Shown: one piece after another, positions 30,019 through 43,803 of the stretch
Layout: each line of letters starts with the position of its first letter
Numbering within the stretch: position 1 is the stretch's first letter
Assembly (NCBI RefSeq): GCF_009914755.1
Contig: NC_060932.1
Reading direction: 5' to 3' (one strand)
Source: the human T2T-CHM13v2.0 reference genome, Homo sapiens
DNA length: 64,000 nt
Position numbers and translations under genes: made by a program
The notes under the pieces: model-generated
The model's database searches: none
Told to the model about the DNA's origin: nothing
The model's input: only the letters and a program-made list of their open reading frames with translations

Positions 30019-31698
30019 ATTAAGTACCAGGGGAGTGAAAGAAATAGTAATATATGCTGACTGTGATGTCCAAGATAATCTGTGTCAAGAGGAATCAAAA
30101 CTCCATGGTCCAGATAGAGGACCCTTATATCTTTAACCTCAAAAATGTGATGTAACCTGGTGGGCAGCTCAGAGTTCAGACTCCAGTAACTCCACTGACA
30201 ACACTCCCTGACCTTGAACTTGTCTCACACATGAAAGGTTTTTGCTCCATTAGGAAAGAAAGATGACTAAAATGACCTCCATCAGGGGGATAAGATGTCT
30301 CATTCATTAATTAAAGAAAAATTCTTCAGGGAGCCTTACACACTCCTTGGGATAAGAATTGCTACAGCCTCCCTTCTGACTGATCATGAAACATGTTTTA
30401 GGACAAGGTTTTGGCACAGAAAATACAATCAGAATCTCTCCTACAAGAAGTGTAATTACAGGGGGCTTTGAATTGACAGTGGCTGACAAGATTTCAACCA
30501 GCGCGTTAGAAAATCAATGACAAACACGCTTTTCGACATCAGGGAGCTGTGATGGGCTCCGCTTGATTGACAGCCAGGGAGATATGTGTAACTATTTGCA
30601 GTTTACCTAATATTGGTTTATAGGCTTCTTTACTGGCCAACAACTGTGTTTCTCACTTTGCTCTGCCTTCCGTTTGCCAATTCCCTGTAGATGAGATGAA
30701 ACTGAATCTTATTATCACTCCACCTTGAAGGGGAATTCAAACGCATCACTTTGAGGTCTAAAAAAAAGTCTCTAATCAACAGTAGGTAAATGAAAAAGTG
30801 AAGTAAAATATGATTCATAAAAACTGTTCCCACGCAATAGTTAAGCCGCTCTGCTGATTTAGACAGGGGCATGTTTTAAAAGTTTCTATCTCTATACTTT
30901 AAACAAATATTAAGAGGGATCAGCCATCATTTGTGTGTGTTTGCGTCTGCATATTTGTCACAAAGATATCTGCAGTTTTTCTAAATAAAAATGAAAATTT
31001 AAAATTGGCCTCATGGTTTTTTAAAAAGCATTTTCTAGTCACCCAGTTGGTTCTTAGAAGTAAAACTCAGAATATTCGTTCATTTTCTTGGCTGAACCCT
31101 ACAAAACGTCTACTTTGCAGGACAAAAGCAACTGAATATTGGCAATTTCATAAGGATCAACCAAATAAACCAGCTAAAAGCCTTATGATATCTTGTGCAT
31201 TGTGATTTCAGGAGCTCTGCAAAGGACCTATAACCTTAATACTAGATAAAACCACCTGTTCTGTAATCTAAAAAATGATTATATAATAATACATAGTAAA
31301 TAGTATGTAAATAAAACATTGAGAACAACACATCTCTCAACTTGAACTAAAGTATCCATGACCAACATCAGAGTCATTCCTTGGAGCTAAATGAGGCAAG
31401 CACACAGCAGAGCCCAGATGGCATAAAGGGGTGGTGAGTGGAGGCACAGGGACATGGAAAGGGTGGCCTGTCCTCTGCAGAGCCTCTGGAACAACTCTGT
31501 CAATGCTATGATGCTTACCTTTCTGAAAAGTCATCCTCCCACGTTATAGTCAGTGTCTTGGCTGAGGAGTGGTGTTCCCAGATCTACATAGGTAGATTGC
31601 ATAGTCACTGACTCTGCTGGGAAGAGACCGGGTTGTTTCTCATTCAAAGTCCTGACCGCTAAGATGTGACTGATCCTATATGGCCTTTTGGGCCAAAA

Positions 31699-32234
31699 TG
31701 GAGAGACTAAAGACACAATTGAACAATGGCCAGACCACATATAAAAACAGAACACTGATCTAAAACCTGCTCCAGAAACCAACCCCCTTATCTACACTAA
31801 CCAGCCCAGCAACAAGTCGAAACTGTAGGAGGCCAGATTGCTATCTCTAGTAACAGTCCTGAAAGCCAAAAAATCACTTCTGTATCAGTTGGCTCCAAAT
31901 GGCCAGGACTTGATTAATAAATCACAGCTTATCCTCATTTTTGTCCCTGCTTCCAATTTAGGACCCACCAGAGAAAGCCAAATATGCTTCCCTAACCAAT
32001 CCCATAGGATGCCGTGCTCTGAGTCTGCCCGCCTGCAGCCTCCCCATGCCAGCAGTCTCCAATCAGGACACACCTGATGCCTTCACTTCTTGCCACTATG
32101 AAGCTCTTCCACTCCATTGCCTGTCTTTGAGTCTCTGCCAAAATGCAGTTGATGCTGGCTAACTCTCTTGTTATAGTAAGCTCTAAATAAACGGTCGTTC
32201 TGTTTTCCTATGGTTGGTCTTCATTTATTTCCAA
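31699..32234 (+). mobile_element. ERVL solo LTR (MER54/73/74 group)
   Basis: CAATGGCCAGACCA..CAAATGGCCAGGACTTGATTAATAA..TAACCAATC..AATAAA near the end. Confidence 0.65.
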
Positions 32235-32747
32235 AAGACACTTCACCTCCCACCTGTGGTTCTGAACATCCGCACATTTTAAAGTTACTGCTTCATCAGC
32301 TTCTTTGTCCTGGCGCCAGGCCTCTGTCAGTCCTCAGGCACTGGAGGTTTCCATCCCCTCTGGGCCACTGTATACCAGGCGAGGGAGGCAGGAGCACTGC
32401 CCTAAAGCTGTTTATCTACGTTCCTTCCACTGCTTCCCTCTGACTATGGCTCTGGTGCCATTGTGGAGGTGCCCGCGGGTAAGGCGGGGGAAGCAGAAAA
32501 AGTCCCTTTTATTCTTGGTTGTTTCTAAATAATCCCCTTTCCGACAAGGTCAGGTGTAAAAAGTGGAGTGGGGATGAACGTTCCGGCTTCTGCTCTCCTT
32601 GCTTTCCCTTTGTGTCTCCTCCTGTCTCCTCCCCTAGAATCCTCGGGCAGACTTTGGGCTTCGTTCCCTTCCTCTGTGTCTTTTTGTCCACCTCCCATAA
32701 GGCAACACCCGTCTCTATGAAACATCCTCTACACTATGAAAGAAACA

Positions 32748-33025
32748 GTTCGGGCGCGGTGGTTCATGCCTGTAATCCCAGCACTTTGGGAGGCCGAGGT
32801 GAGTGGATCACCTGAGGTCAGGAGTTCGAGACTAACCTGGACAACATGGCAAAACCCCGTCTGTATTAAAAATACAAAAATTAGCCGAGTGTGGTGGCCG
32901 GCACCTGTAATCCCAGCTACTTGTAGAATTGAGGCAGGAGACTCACTTGAACACGGGAGGTGGAGGTCTCAGTGCGTGGAGATCCCGCCATTGCACTCCA
33001 GCCTGGGCAACAAGAGAGAAACTCC
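32748..33025 (+). mobile_element. AluS lacking its tail
   Basis: Dimer ending ..GAAACTCC with no poly(A). Confidence 0.9.
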
Positions 33026-33031
33026 TTAAGG

Positions 33032-33328
<297 letters not shown>

Positions 33329-33869
33329 CTAGGTCTTGTAGAACCAAGTCTGCATCCACATCGGTAGATGACTAGCTGCTGCCCCAAGCCCCCTCATTGT
33401 CCCACCAGCGCAACCCCTCCGCAAGTACACCTGGAGTAACAGGTGGCAGCTGAACTCTGCTCCAATGGTAAGGCCTGGACTGTTCTCATTGGCTAGTACC
33501 TGGTCTATTCTCATTGGCTGGTTCCCAGTACTTCGGTTCCTGGACTGTTATGGTTCACTGGAGCCTGGTCTATTCTCATTGGCTGGTGATTGGCCTGTTC
33601 TGATTGGCTGGTGCATGTGCAGCACTGGTTGTTGAATAATTCAAATTTCGTATCTACCCTAACTCCTTATCTCAGGCTGCCTGGGAGGAAGGCAAGACAT
33701 ACAGAAGTGCAAATGAAAACACATGTGAATATTTTAAAAACTATTACTCCTTTATAAGCAGAGCTCCTAAACTCCTAAGCCAACCCCCAGTGAAGCTAGG
33801 TAAACAAGGCGCGAGTCTTACTTTCTGCATGCCAGCATGTTGCATTGTGCTTACGGCCCACGCCCTTGA

Positions 33870-34065
33870 AATCAGACAAGGCTGTGCTCATTCCAGGCTC
33901 TGCCACTGACCAACAGGATAACCTTGGGTCGGCTATTGACTTGTCTGAGCTCCAGAGTCCTGATCTGTAAAGCAGACCAATGATGCTTACAGTGATGTGA
34001 GGATTTAATGAGGTGATGTGTAAAATACACAGCCCAGTGCTTGGTTGATAGACAGTACCTATTGG
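33870..34065 (+). mobile_element. MIR
   Basis: GGCTCTGCCACT..ACCTTGGG..ATCTGTAAA..TGTGAGGATTTAATGAG. Confidence 0.75.
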
Positions 34066-34266
34066 TATTTTTTTTTAAAAGGATTTTTTCCAATATTTTG
34101 AATTTTAACAGAATCTTATGAAGCTTTGGTGTAGAGTACATGAACATAATATCAACTTTGTGGATTTGAGTTTTAACAGCATGAGTTGGGGTGTTCTTAT
34201 CAAGGTTCATGGTTGTAAATATGAGAGTTGGAGTCTGTCTTGCATAAGCAGAAGGCGGATTTAATA

Positions 34267-34520
34267 CATTCATTCTCAATAGGGGTTACATTGCCCAGAG
34301 AAGGAGTGAAAATTAGTCTCTGAGGACCAAAGAAAAGCTTAGATATTGCAATAGTCCGTTACCCTCCACAGGGTCATCGTCTTTAAACAGATGTACTGAA
34401 TATCTGTGATATTAAAATGTCATTGGAGGGGATGGGGAAATGGGAATGATCAGAGGAAAAAAAAAGTCTTAAAAAGTGTTTTAGTGGTTATGGGGGTGTG
34501 TGAAAAGGTTAAGAAACGTG
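34267..34520. mobile_element. hAT-Charlie-type MITE relic
   Basis: Inverted termini CATTCTCAA.. / ..TTAAGAAACGTG. Confidence 0.45.
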
Positions 34521-35559
34521 GGAGGAAGTGGGTAGCTCTTAGAGTCTATGTGTCTGTACACTGGCCAGAATACCAGGCTCAGATCAGGGGACATCTGTCA
34601 GCCAGACAGAGGTAGGCTGGTTAGGACATGCCATGATTGCCACCAGGTCACAGTTATTTGGGCTCAGTGTCTGCCATCTTCTCATTTTCAGGCAGGTGTA
34701 TTTCTTATCTTCTAATCTTTGACCTGCCTTCCGGGAGGCGAGTGGAGATGCCACTCATTCCTTTCAGGCTTTCCCTTTCTCCCTGAGGGGGATGGGTCCT
34801 TGGTTGCTAAGCCTGTTCTAACCTCTGACCAGTCTATGGAATTTTCTTGACTCATCCTTTCTTACTCAACTTTCTTATTCTCAGTGCCTCCTTCATCAAC
34901 TGTGCTCAGGTTCCCTAAGAGGGGAGCCCATGGTTTTCTAAACTCAGACTGGAAAGGGTTGGGTAGCTGGGGCCAGGGAAGAGCAGGGGGCAACTGAACA
35001 GCTCTAGAGAGGCTTTTGTGGTTGTCGTCATCGGGATTGCCTGGCATGCTTCTTGGAGACAGTACTTTGTCTTGTCTGGCATAATTAGTGCATTCGTGTA
35101 TTTTGTACAATGCTTTAGTGTTTAGCATTTCACATACGTTATCTTATTTGACAGCAACAACACTGTGATGGAACCCTTGTTATGAAATTCATCTTCTAAC
35201 TGAAGACATATGTGTACAGGAAGTACAAACTATGAAGATATAAAGGTTCAAAAGGAGAGTTGGAAAGAATCAAGATGTATTGTACATTCTGAGACTAATC
35301 AAGGTCTTCTCTGATTTCAGTCCCAGTGATAATTAGGTAGCTCTGTCTTTCCTAAGTTGAATGCTCTGTGGCTACAGGGCTACTTGAGACATTCCCTCTC
35401 AGCCCTCATAGCTGGCTAGCTGGTTTCAACACAGTATTATTTATGTTCATAAAGTCCTGAAACAGTAGTGCCTCTGTCCCCCAGCCACATTAATCACTCC
35501 TCTCTCTGTGTGCGACCACTGAACCGCACACGTGCCTCACATTCCTGGCTTGTTTAGTA

Positions 35560-35770
35560 TATGCCCAGTACTGGGCTAAGTGGTTTTACATGGAAGATTT
35601 CATTTAGCCTGTGCAGCAACCCTCAGACATAGGTACTACTATTATGTGGATTCTATAGATGCAGAAACTGAGGGTGTAAATAAACTGTGATCATACAGCT
35701 AAGAAAATGGCACAGCTGGGATTCGAATATCCATCTGCCTGATTCCTGAGCCTGAGTTCTTCCTCTCTGC
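35560..35770 (-). mobile_element. MIR
   Basis: TATAGATGCAGAAACTGAGG..GGCACAGCTGGGATTCGAA. Confidence 0.75.
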
Positions 35771-35789
35771 TCTACCTGTTGCCTCTTTG

Positions 35790-35935
35790 TTTATAAATTG
35801 GCTTCTCCCATTGGTGTCTAAACTCTTGAGGACAAGGGCCATGACTTTTATATTTTGCCCCTAGAAATAGTGCCTGGAACATAATAGATCCTCAAACAAT
35901 ACTTGTTGGATTAATGAATGGATGAGTGAATGGAT
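35790..35935 (+). mobile_element. L2 3' end
   Basis: AACTCTTGAGGACAAGGGCC..AGTGCCTGGAACATAATAG..TGTTGGATTAATGAATG. Confidence 0.75.
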
Positions 35936-36985
35936 ATCTCTGGAGCCTTTCTGAAAACACAGTGTTCAGGTATCAAGTGAATATCCTTGCTCAGGATGCT
36001 TAATTGGCTGAACAATACATTGGCTCAGAACTTTGAACTCTCCTCTAATTTCCTGAGGGATACGGCTGTTCTCTTCAGTCTGGGTGTGGCTGCGTTTCCC
36101 TACTGATGTCTTGTTTTGTTCTTCCTGTTGAGTGAGAACAAACACTCTAGCCAAGTAAATCATGAGGTTATTATAAAAAAATGGGGGGGGGGGCTCATAA
36201 GAATAAAAAGTTTTAAATAAATTACAGTCACTTAAAAACATGTATCATACATGGAGTGACTTGTAGAGAAAAGTTTTCTTTTCTGTTTTGGCTTTTTTTT
36301 TGGCAAATAGTCACCTACTAATCAGGGAATTATTAGATATTTGAAAAGGTGGAGAGAAAGCTAGAAACTGTGATGAATATAATGTTTTATATATATTTTA
36401 AGGTCTTCCTTTTCTCAATTTTGCTTCAGAAATAACATGGTTTTGGGTGTTTTACTTTGCTTGAAAGCTCATTTTCAACTTCATAGGGAAAAGGTTTCTC
36501 TCTTCTTAGAGGTTCATCTGTTTGAACTTCTGTCTCTGAGTGCTATCAGCTCCCTGGGTACCTGTGATTATTTAATTACCTGATTATTAGCTGAATATTT
36601 GTCTTAAAGTGTTTGCATATTATTGAAGAAAAATAATCAATTTCTTCAGAAATGATTCACAGAATATGTTCTTAAGATTCAAAAGTGGAAGGTAAAATTA
36701 TGAATGAATTTATGATGTAATTCCAAGTCAGAGAAATCAAGGAAAAATGTAGTCTCTAGCTCCTGTATTGACCTTTCTCCAGTAGAGTCTCTTTGAAGTG
36801 ACCTTCTGTCTCCGTCTTCAGAGCAGATGACCTGTCTTTGCAAGCAGGCTTCTGAGGCAATTATTTTTGGTTGACTTTCAGGTTAACATTAAAGGCAAAA
36901 GAGGGACCCAGGCTTAAAAAGAAATGTTTGCAGCATGGACCAGAGCCAGACTTATGGGGTTCTCTGCCTTCTACACTCCTCTAGT

Positions 36986-37128
36986 GAGTGGTTCTTAACT
37001 TTGGCTGCACATTAGAATCACCTAGATATCTGGAATTCTGATTTACTTTTACTGGTGTATGACCCAGGAATCAAAGTTTGATAAAGCATCCCAGATGATT
37101 ATAATGTAGAACCAAGATTGAGGGTCAT
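36986..37128. mobile_element. MER5A/B (hAT-Charlie)
   Basis: AGTGGTTCTTAACTTTGGCTGCACATTAGAATCACCT. Confidence 0.75.
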
Positions 37129-37163
37129 TATAAAGGAATTTCATGTAACACAGAACAATTGCT

Positions 37164-39337
37164 GGAAGTCCTAGCTAGAGCAATCTGACAAGAAAAGAAA
37201 TAAAGGGCATCCAAATTGGAAAGGAAGAAGTCAAATTATCCTTGTTTGCAGATGATATGATCTTATATTTGAAAAAGTCTAAAGACTCCACTAAAAAATT
37301 ATTAGAGCTAATAGATAAATTCAGTAAAGTTGCAGGATACAAAATCAACATAAAAATCACTAGCATGTCTATATACCAACAGCAAACAATCTGAAAAAGA
37401 AATCAATAAGGTAATGCCTTTTACAATAGTTACAAATGAAACAAAATACCCAGGAATTAACTAAGCCAAAGAAGTGAGAAATCTCTGCAATGAAAACTAT
37501 AAAATGTTGACAAAAGAAATCAGAGGACACAAAAAAAGGAAAGATACTCCATGTTCATGGATTGGAAGAATTAATGTGGTTAAATTCTCGATACTAACTA
37601 AGGCAGTGTACAGATTCAAAGCCCTATAAAAATACCAATGACATTCTTCAAAGAAATAGGAAAAACAATCCTAAAACTTATATGGAATCAGAAAGGACCC
37701 AGAATAGCCAAAGCCATCCTGAAAAAAAAAACAAAACAAAACAAAACAAAGCAAAAAAACCCAAAAACTGGAGGAATCACATTACCTGACTTCAAATTAT
37801 ACTACTAAGCTATTGTAACTAAAATAGCATGGTATTGACATAAAAACAGACACACAGACCAATGGAACAGAATAGAGAACCAGAAACAAATACATACGTC
37901 TACAGTGAACTCATTTTTAACAAAGGTGCCAAGAACATACATTGGGAAGAAAATAGTGTCTTTAATAAATGGTGTTGGGAAAACTTGACATTTATATGCA
38001 AAAGAATAAAACTGGACCCCTATCTCTTTCCATATACAAAAATCAAGTCAAATTGGATTAAAGGATTAAATAAAAGACCTCAAAGTATAAAACTACTTAA
38101 AGGAAATACTGGGGAAGCTCTCCAGGGCATGGTCTTGACAAAATGTCTTGTGTAGTACCTCATAAGCACAGGCAACCAAAGAAAAACATAGACAAATGAG
38201 ATTATATCAAGTTAAAAAGCTTCTTCACAGCAAAGGAAACAATCAACAAAGTGAAGAGACCACCTAAAGAATGGGAGAAAATATTTACAAATCACTCATC
38301 TGACAAGGGATTAATAATAAAAATATATTAGAAGTTCAAACAACTCTATAGGAAAAAAAACCTAATAATCTGGTTAAAAATGGGCAAAAGATCTGAATAG
38401 ACATTCTCAAAATAAGATTTACAAATGGCAAACAGGTATATGAAAAGGTGCTCAACATCACTGATCATCAGAGAAATGCAAATTAAAAACCACAATGAGA
38501 TATCATCTCACCGCAATAAAATAGCTTTTATCCAAAAGACGGGCAATAACAAATGCTGGTGAGGATGTGGAGAAAAGGGAACCCTCCTACACTGTTGGTG
38601 GGAATGTAAATTAGCACAATCACTGTGGAAAACAGTATGGAGGTTCCTCAAAAACCAAAAATAGAGCTCCCATATGATCCAGCAATCCTACTTCTAGGTA
38701 TTTACTCAAAATAAAGGAAATCGGTACATAGAATATATCTGTACTCTCATGTTCATTGCAGCAACTTGAGTGCTCATCAACAGATGAATGGATAAAGAAA
38801 ATATGGTACATATACAGAATGGAGTACTATTCAACCATGAAAAAGAATGAGATTCTGTCATTTGCAACAATACGGATGAAACTGGAAGTCATTATATTAA
38901 GTTAAATAAGCCAGGCACAGAAAGACAAACTTCACATGTTCTCATTTATTTATGGGAGCTAAAAATTAAAGCAAACTCATGGAGAGAGACAGTAGGAGGA
39001 TGGTTATCAGAGGTAGTGGAGGGAGGGAGATAGGGATGGCTAATGGGTACAAAAATATATTTAGATAGAATGAATAAGATCTAGTTTGATAGCACAACAG
39101 GGTGGCTACAGTCAGGAACAATTTATTGTACATTTAAAAATAACTAAGAGTATAATTGCATTGCTTGTAACACAAAGTAAAGATAAATGCGTGAGGTGAT
39201 GGATGACCCATTTGCCCTGATGTGCTTATTTCACATTGCATGCCTGTATCAAAATATTTCATGTACCCCATAAATATATCCACCTACTATGTACTCCCAA
39301 AATTAAAAATTAAATAGATTATAAAAACAAACAAAAA
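37164..39337 (+). mobile_element. 5'-truncated L1MA (L1MA2-like): ORF2 RT/C-terminus and 3' UTR
   Basis: [11 protein letters not shown] at about 37238-37270; SVFNKWCWEN peptide; 12-bp TSD AGAACAATTGCT (37152-37163, 39338-39349). Confidence 0.95.
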
Positions 39338-39464
39338 AGAACAATTGCTAATGGAGAAACAAAGGGGTGAGAGTTCTCACTGACTTAGCTATAGAAAACC
39401 AACCTACAAGTAAGAATCAAGCGGAAGATTTGTCCTAGCTCCCTGGGTGCTGATTGTTTAAATC

Positions 39465-39487
39465 CTTACTTCTGAAAATGTGGTCTA

Positions 39488-39529
<42 letters not shown>

Positions 39530-39646
39530 CACCTGGGATTTTGAAAGAAATGCAGAATCTCAGCCCTTGACCTAGGGAGTCAGAGTCTACATTTTCACAA
39601 GGTCTCCAAATGATGCATCTGCCATGGTGAGGTTTGAGAAGCCTGA
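39465..39646 (+). mobile_element. MER5A carrying an expanded CAG tract
   Basis: TGTGGTC..GAC(CAG)nCATCACCTGGGA..AGAAATGCAGAATCTC..GTTTGAGAA. Confidence 0.85.
39491..39526. repeat. (CAG)12 trinucleotide repeat
   Basis: 12 uninterrupted CAG units. Confidence 0.98.
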
Positions 39647-40164
39647 CCTAGATAGACACAGGGCGCAAGAGAATGACCAAGGGTGGGGAAATGCCAGCTC
39701 TGGGCTTCATACAAGGCCAAGCATGGTTTTTGTTGACACCTTATTTAGCTGATACATCATGATGGTTCTTGATTCTCAATGCTCTCCTAGAAATTTTCCC
39801 TGTGACCCAAGGGAAGTCCCTTTAAATGGTGTTTTTCCTGTCCCCCATCTTACATTTCATGGGAAAGATGGTTGCAAGTGTGTTTGCTGCTGGTGGTAGT
39901 TGGCCTTATTAAGCTCACTCTTACCCCCTATGTCTAATTATATATAATACAGTTAAATAACTATTACATTAATATGCCCACGGATACTGAAACCAGGAAA
40001 TTTCAGAGCACATAGGATAGACTAAAAGCAAACAATACATTTTCTCAAGAGACAGTATACACAGGAGTTAGAAGTGTATTCCAAAATTGCCTGAAGGTAT
40101 TTATGAATCACAGTTCCAGAAGAAGTGGCCAGTATGAGAAAGGGAAGGGTAATGGTCAAAGCTG

Positions 40165-40345
40165 AAAACTGCCACTTACCACTTGGGTAACTCTTTGAGC
40201 TTTTATTTTCTCACCTGTAAAACACATAATAGTATGCAGCCAACCTCAAAGGATTGTTTTAAGAATCCAGAGAGAAAGTAAATCTGAAAAATTTTGTAAA
40301 GTGTAAAGTGCTTCACACGCATAAAAAATTGTTGTGGCTCTTATT
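40165..40345 (+). mobile_element. MIR
   Basis: CTGCCACTTAC..TTTCTCACCTGTAAAA..ACCTCAAAGGATTGTT. Confidence 0.65.
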
Positions 40346-41212
40346 ATTAAATCTAAATTCTTTGGAAAGCATTCCTTAGGGAGGACAATTCCGTCTTCCT
40401 AAAATGTGGCCTGGAGCCTCCTCTGACTTTTGAACCTGGACCTGACCCAGTGTGACAGTTCTCATGTCCCTAAAAAATATAACCATGATGTTGGTCCCAG
40501 GAAAACTTCTGTATATATCTGTTTAATAAATTGGAAATAGAATACATATGTAATTTGATTTTCCTGCTTTTTTTCCGACAACATTTCAGTTTCCCACTAA
40601 TCATTAACATTTTTCCATGTTGTTAAATATTATCTGAAAACATTTTAAATTACCCTAAAGTATTTCATATTCTAAAATTTGTTTTTTCTTGTATTATGGG
40701 ACACATTAGGTCTCTAATTTTGACTCTTATAAGTAATAATACTGTAGTAATTATCATTAAACATAAATATCAAAATGCATCTCTTTTTTCCTCTTAGTGT
40801 ATACTTCTAGGAATGGATTTATTGGGTCAGGCTTAAAGATTTTTAAGGCTTTTAATGTATACTGTGATGTGTCCAGTGAAACGTGGCTTGAAGTGTATGA
40901 GGATGTTTATTTTAACATGTGCTCATCAGGGGTAATAACCTTTTTCATCTGTGTTTGAAAGGCAAATATGATACTTTAAAATTATAATTTGCATTGCATT
41001 GCTTTATTAGTAAGGTTATATGTTTTTCATATGTGGATTGACCATATACACTTTTTCTTTTGTTAGTTTCACCCTCATCTCATTTTTCTCTCAGAGTATT
41101 TTTATGCATCTGTAATTTTATTATCCTCACCCACAGCACTGCTCCCAAAGCTGAAAATTGTAAGCCAGGTGAGGAAGAAGGAAGTCTCCTTTCTGTTCCC
41201 TTTTGTTTTTAA

Positions 41213-41525
<313 letters not shown>

Positions 41526-41876
41526 TCCTTCCTGTGCTAATAAGGCTTTGCATTGTTCATAAAATTAGGCACTAATTCTGCCAGGTATAGAGGTTATAGT
41601 CAAGATAAAAACAGTATTCTCAAATATCATAATCTTTCTTATTTTATCACTGAATGATAATTTCAACTTCTAGCACTTTCAAAATCAAATGAATTCAAAT
41701 TAGCCAAAAATCTAAACTGAACCTTGCTCAATTGATAAATGATAGAACATCTGTATAAATCTATATAATCCGGTCCAACATTCTATAATTCGAATGTGCA
41801 TTTGTCTATGTAATGTCTGGATTCTGATGTAGAATTTGCTGAGAGTGGTATTACAAAAAATAAATATATGTGATTA

Positions 41877-42189
41877 CAGTTGTCCCTTGGCAGGGACGAC
41901 TCCAGTCCCTACTCTCGTACCGAAGTACTTGTTTGTTTAAGTCCGTGATATAAAATGGGATAGTATTTGCATCGAAACTCTGCATATCCTCGCATATACG
42001 TTAAACCATCGCTAGACTACCTATAATACTCAATACAGTGTAAGTGCTTTGTAAACAGTTGTTATAACATATTATTTAGGGGATAATGACAAGTTCGCAC
42101 ATTTTCGGTACAGATTCAATCACCCATTTTTTTCAGATACTTTCCATCTGTGGCTGGTGGGAGAACCCATGAACACAGAGGGCTTACAG
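41877..42189. mobile_element. MER2 (Tigger-family DNA transposon)
   Basis: TA+CAGTTGTCCCTTGG..AAGTCCGTGATATAAAATGG..GAACCCATGAACACAGAGGGC..CAG+TA. Confidence 0.85.
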
Positions 42190-43011
42190 TACTGTAATAT
42201 TAATAATATAAAATATGTTACTATTAGATATACAGGTTAGAATTGATACACTTTATAGAATCTTATGTACTATTCATCAATATGCTTATTTTGATAACAC
42301 ATTTCTTATCTACTATATGCATTAGTATCATCTAAAGCCAAAATTTGCTAATACCAGAAGAAGGAAATAATAAATATTTGAAGATGAGGAATCTTGCTCT
42401 GTCCTTATATACTGGTCTTCATAGAAAACCATTTTCATTCATCTTAGACCCGGCATTAAAGGTTTGGTAGTAGCAGAGCCCAGAGAAGTCCTCAGGCATG
42501 GGGTTTTGCCCGGCAGGTGTTGGTATGGCCAACCAACAGGGTCACAGTGGGTCACTGCCCGAGTTGATGCTAAGTTCCTTTCCAGGGATTGCATGGCTTC
42601 ATTCCAGAAGTGTTATTTCCTCGTCTCTTAGACTTTACTTCCATGGTTAAGAGAAGTGATAAAGTGGCTCATTCATGTAGGCTTTCTGTGGAGAACTAAA
42701 AGCAAAGATGGGCCCAAGGTGTAATCAATGAAGATTTTCCATCAGAATCAACTCCATATTAAAACAGACATCCTGATAAATGCAAATAATCCATAAATTC
42801 TTACTAAATAAGATGGTATTTTAAAAGAAATTATAAAACTCACGAAGGATTTTAAAAATAACATATGCCCACACTGTACTTAATTTTACATCAACATTGA
42901 TCCTGAGACAAGCCACCAACTCAAAAGGGGATGGAGCAGAAAAGAAAAACTCTAAATTACATGTAGATATTGATTAAAGGCAAAATTGATTAAGGTAAAC
43001 TGATTTATAAA

Positions 43012-43012
<1 letters not shown>

Positions 43013-43045
<33 letters not shown>

Positions 43046-43058
43046 ATATATATATATG
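43013..43058. repeat. (CA)n followed by (TA)n microsatellite
   Basis: Seen directly in the sequence. Confidence 0.95.
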
Positions 43059-43339
43059 CATGCCTTAGAATTGAGCAGGTAAGTTTTAACTGTGATGGGT
43101 TGATTCTTAGGTCTGATTTTCTCTGCCAGGACTCAGTAGAAAGCTCACCCCAAATCATTTTAATAGGGTCCAAATATTTTGGGAACTCTTTAACCCTTGA
43201 CTTCAGTATGACGTGGTCTTAGAGAAGTTCTGGAATAAAAGCCTGTGACCCTCAACTTCAAGTGAGAGGGTATGACTTGAGTCACATTGAATGTGACACT
43301 TGAGGCTGTAATTGTCCTGCCCTTATTTAAAAAAAAAAA

Positions 43340-43490
43340 AAGCTTATATTTATTGAGTGTTTACTAGTGCCCAGCCCATGCCTCCTCTTATTTAATCCTC
43401 ACAATAAACAAATGATTTAGGTTCAACTATTTTTTTCATTTTACAACTGAATAAATGAGGCTCAGTGAGGTTAATTAAATCACCCGAATA
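43340..43490 (-). mobile_element. MIR
   Basis: TTATTTAATCCTCACAA..CATTTTACA..TGAGGCTCAGTGAGGTTAA. Confidence 0.75.
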
Positions 43491-43803
43491 TGTTTCACAA
43501 AGCCACAGTAAAAAGAAATAAACAAAAACCAGTTGTTTTTCAAGTGCCTTGGCAAAGTCAGTTCTGTTCCCTGTGTACCCCGGATTCCCTGCCTGCTGTT
43601 ATCAGTTTCGGAAGATAATCAAGACTCACTCCACTTTGCTAAACCAGGCAATGTCTACTTTTTCATAGCACTAGCTACTTGAAAAGGAATGTTAATTAAA
43701 ATGAATCCACAAGTTCCAGTTTCAATAATAAGAATGGGTCGTATTTCATAGTTAAGATGCTATGTTGACAACAAACACTTATCAAGTATAAAATAACCAC
43801 AAC

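Noticed and set aside
37862-38155. 97-aa ORF with NKWCWEN
   Set aside because: L1 ORF2 C-terminal remnant in a 5'-truncated copy
39491-39526. Possible polyglutamine exon
   Set aside because: Lies within MER5A with no ORF or splice context
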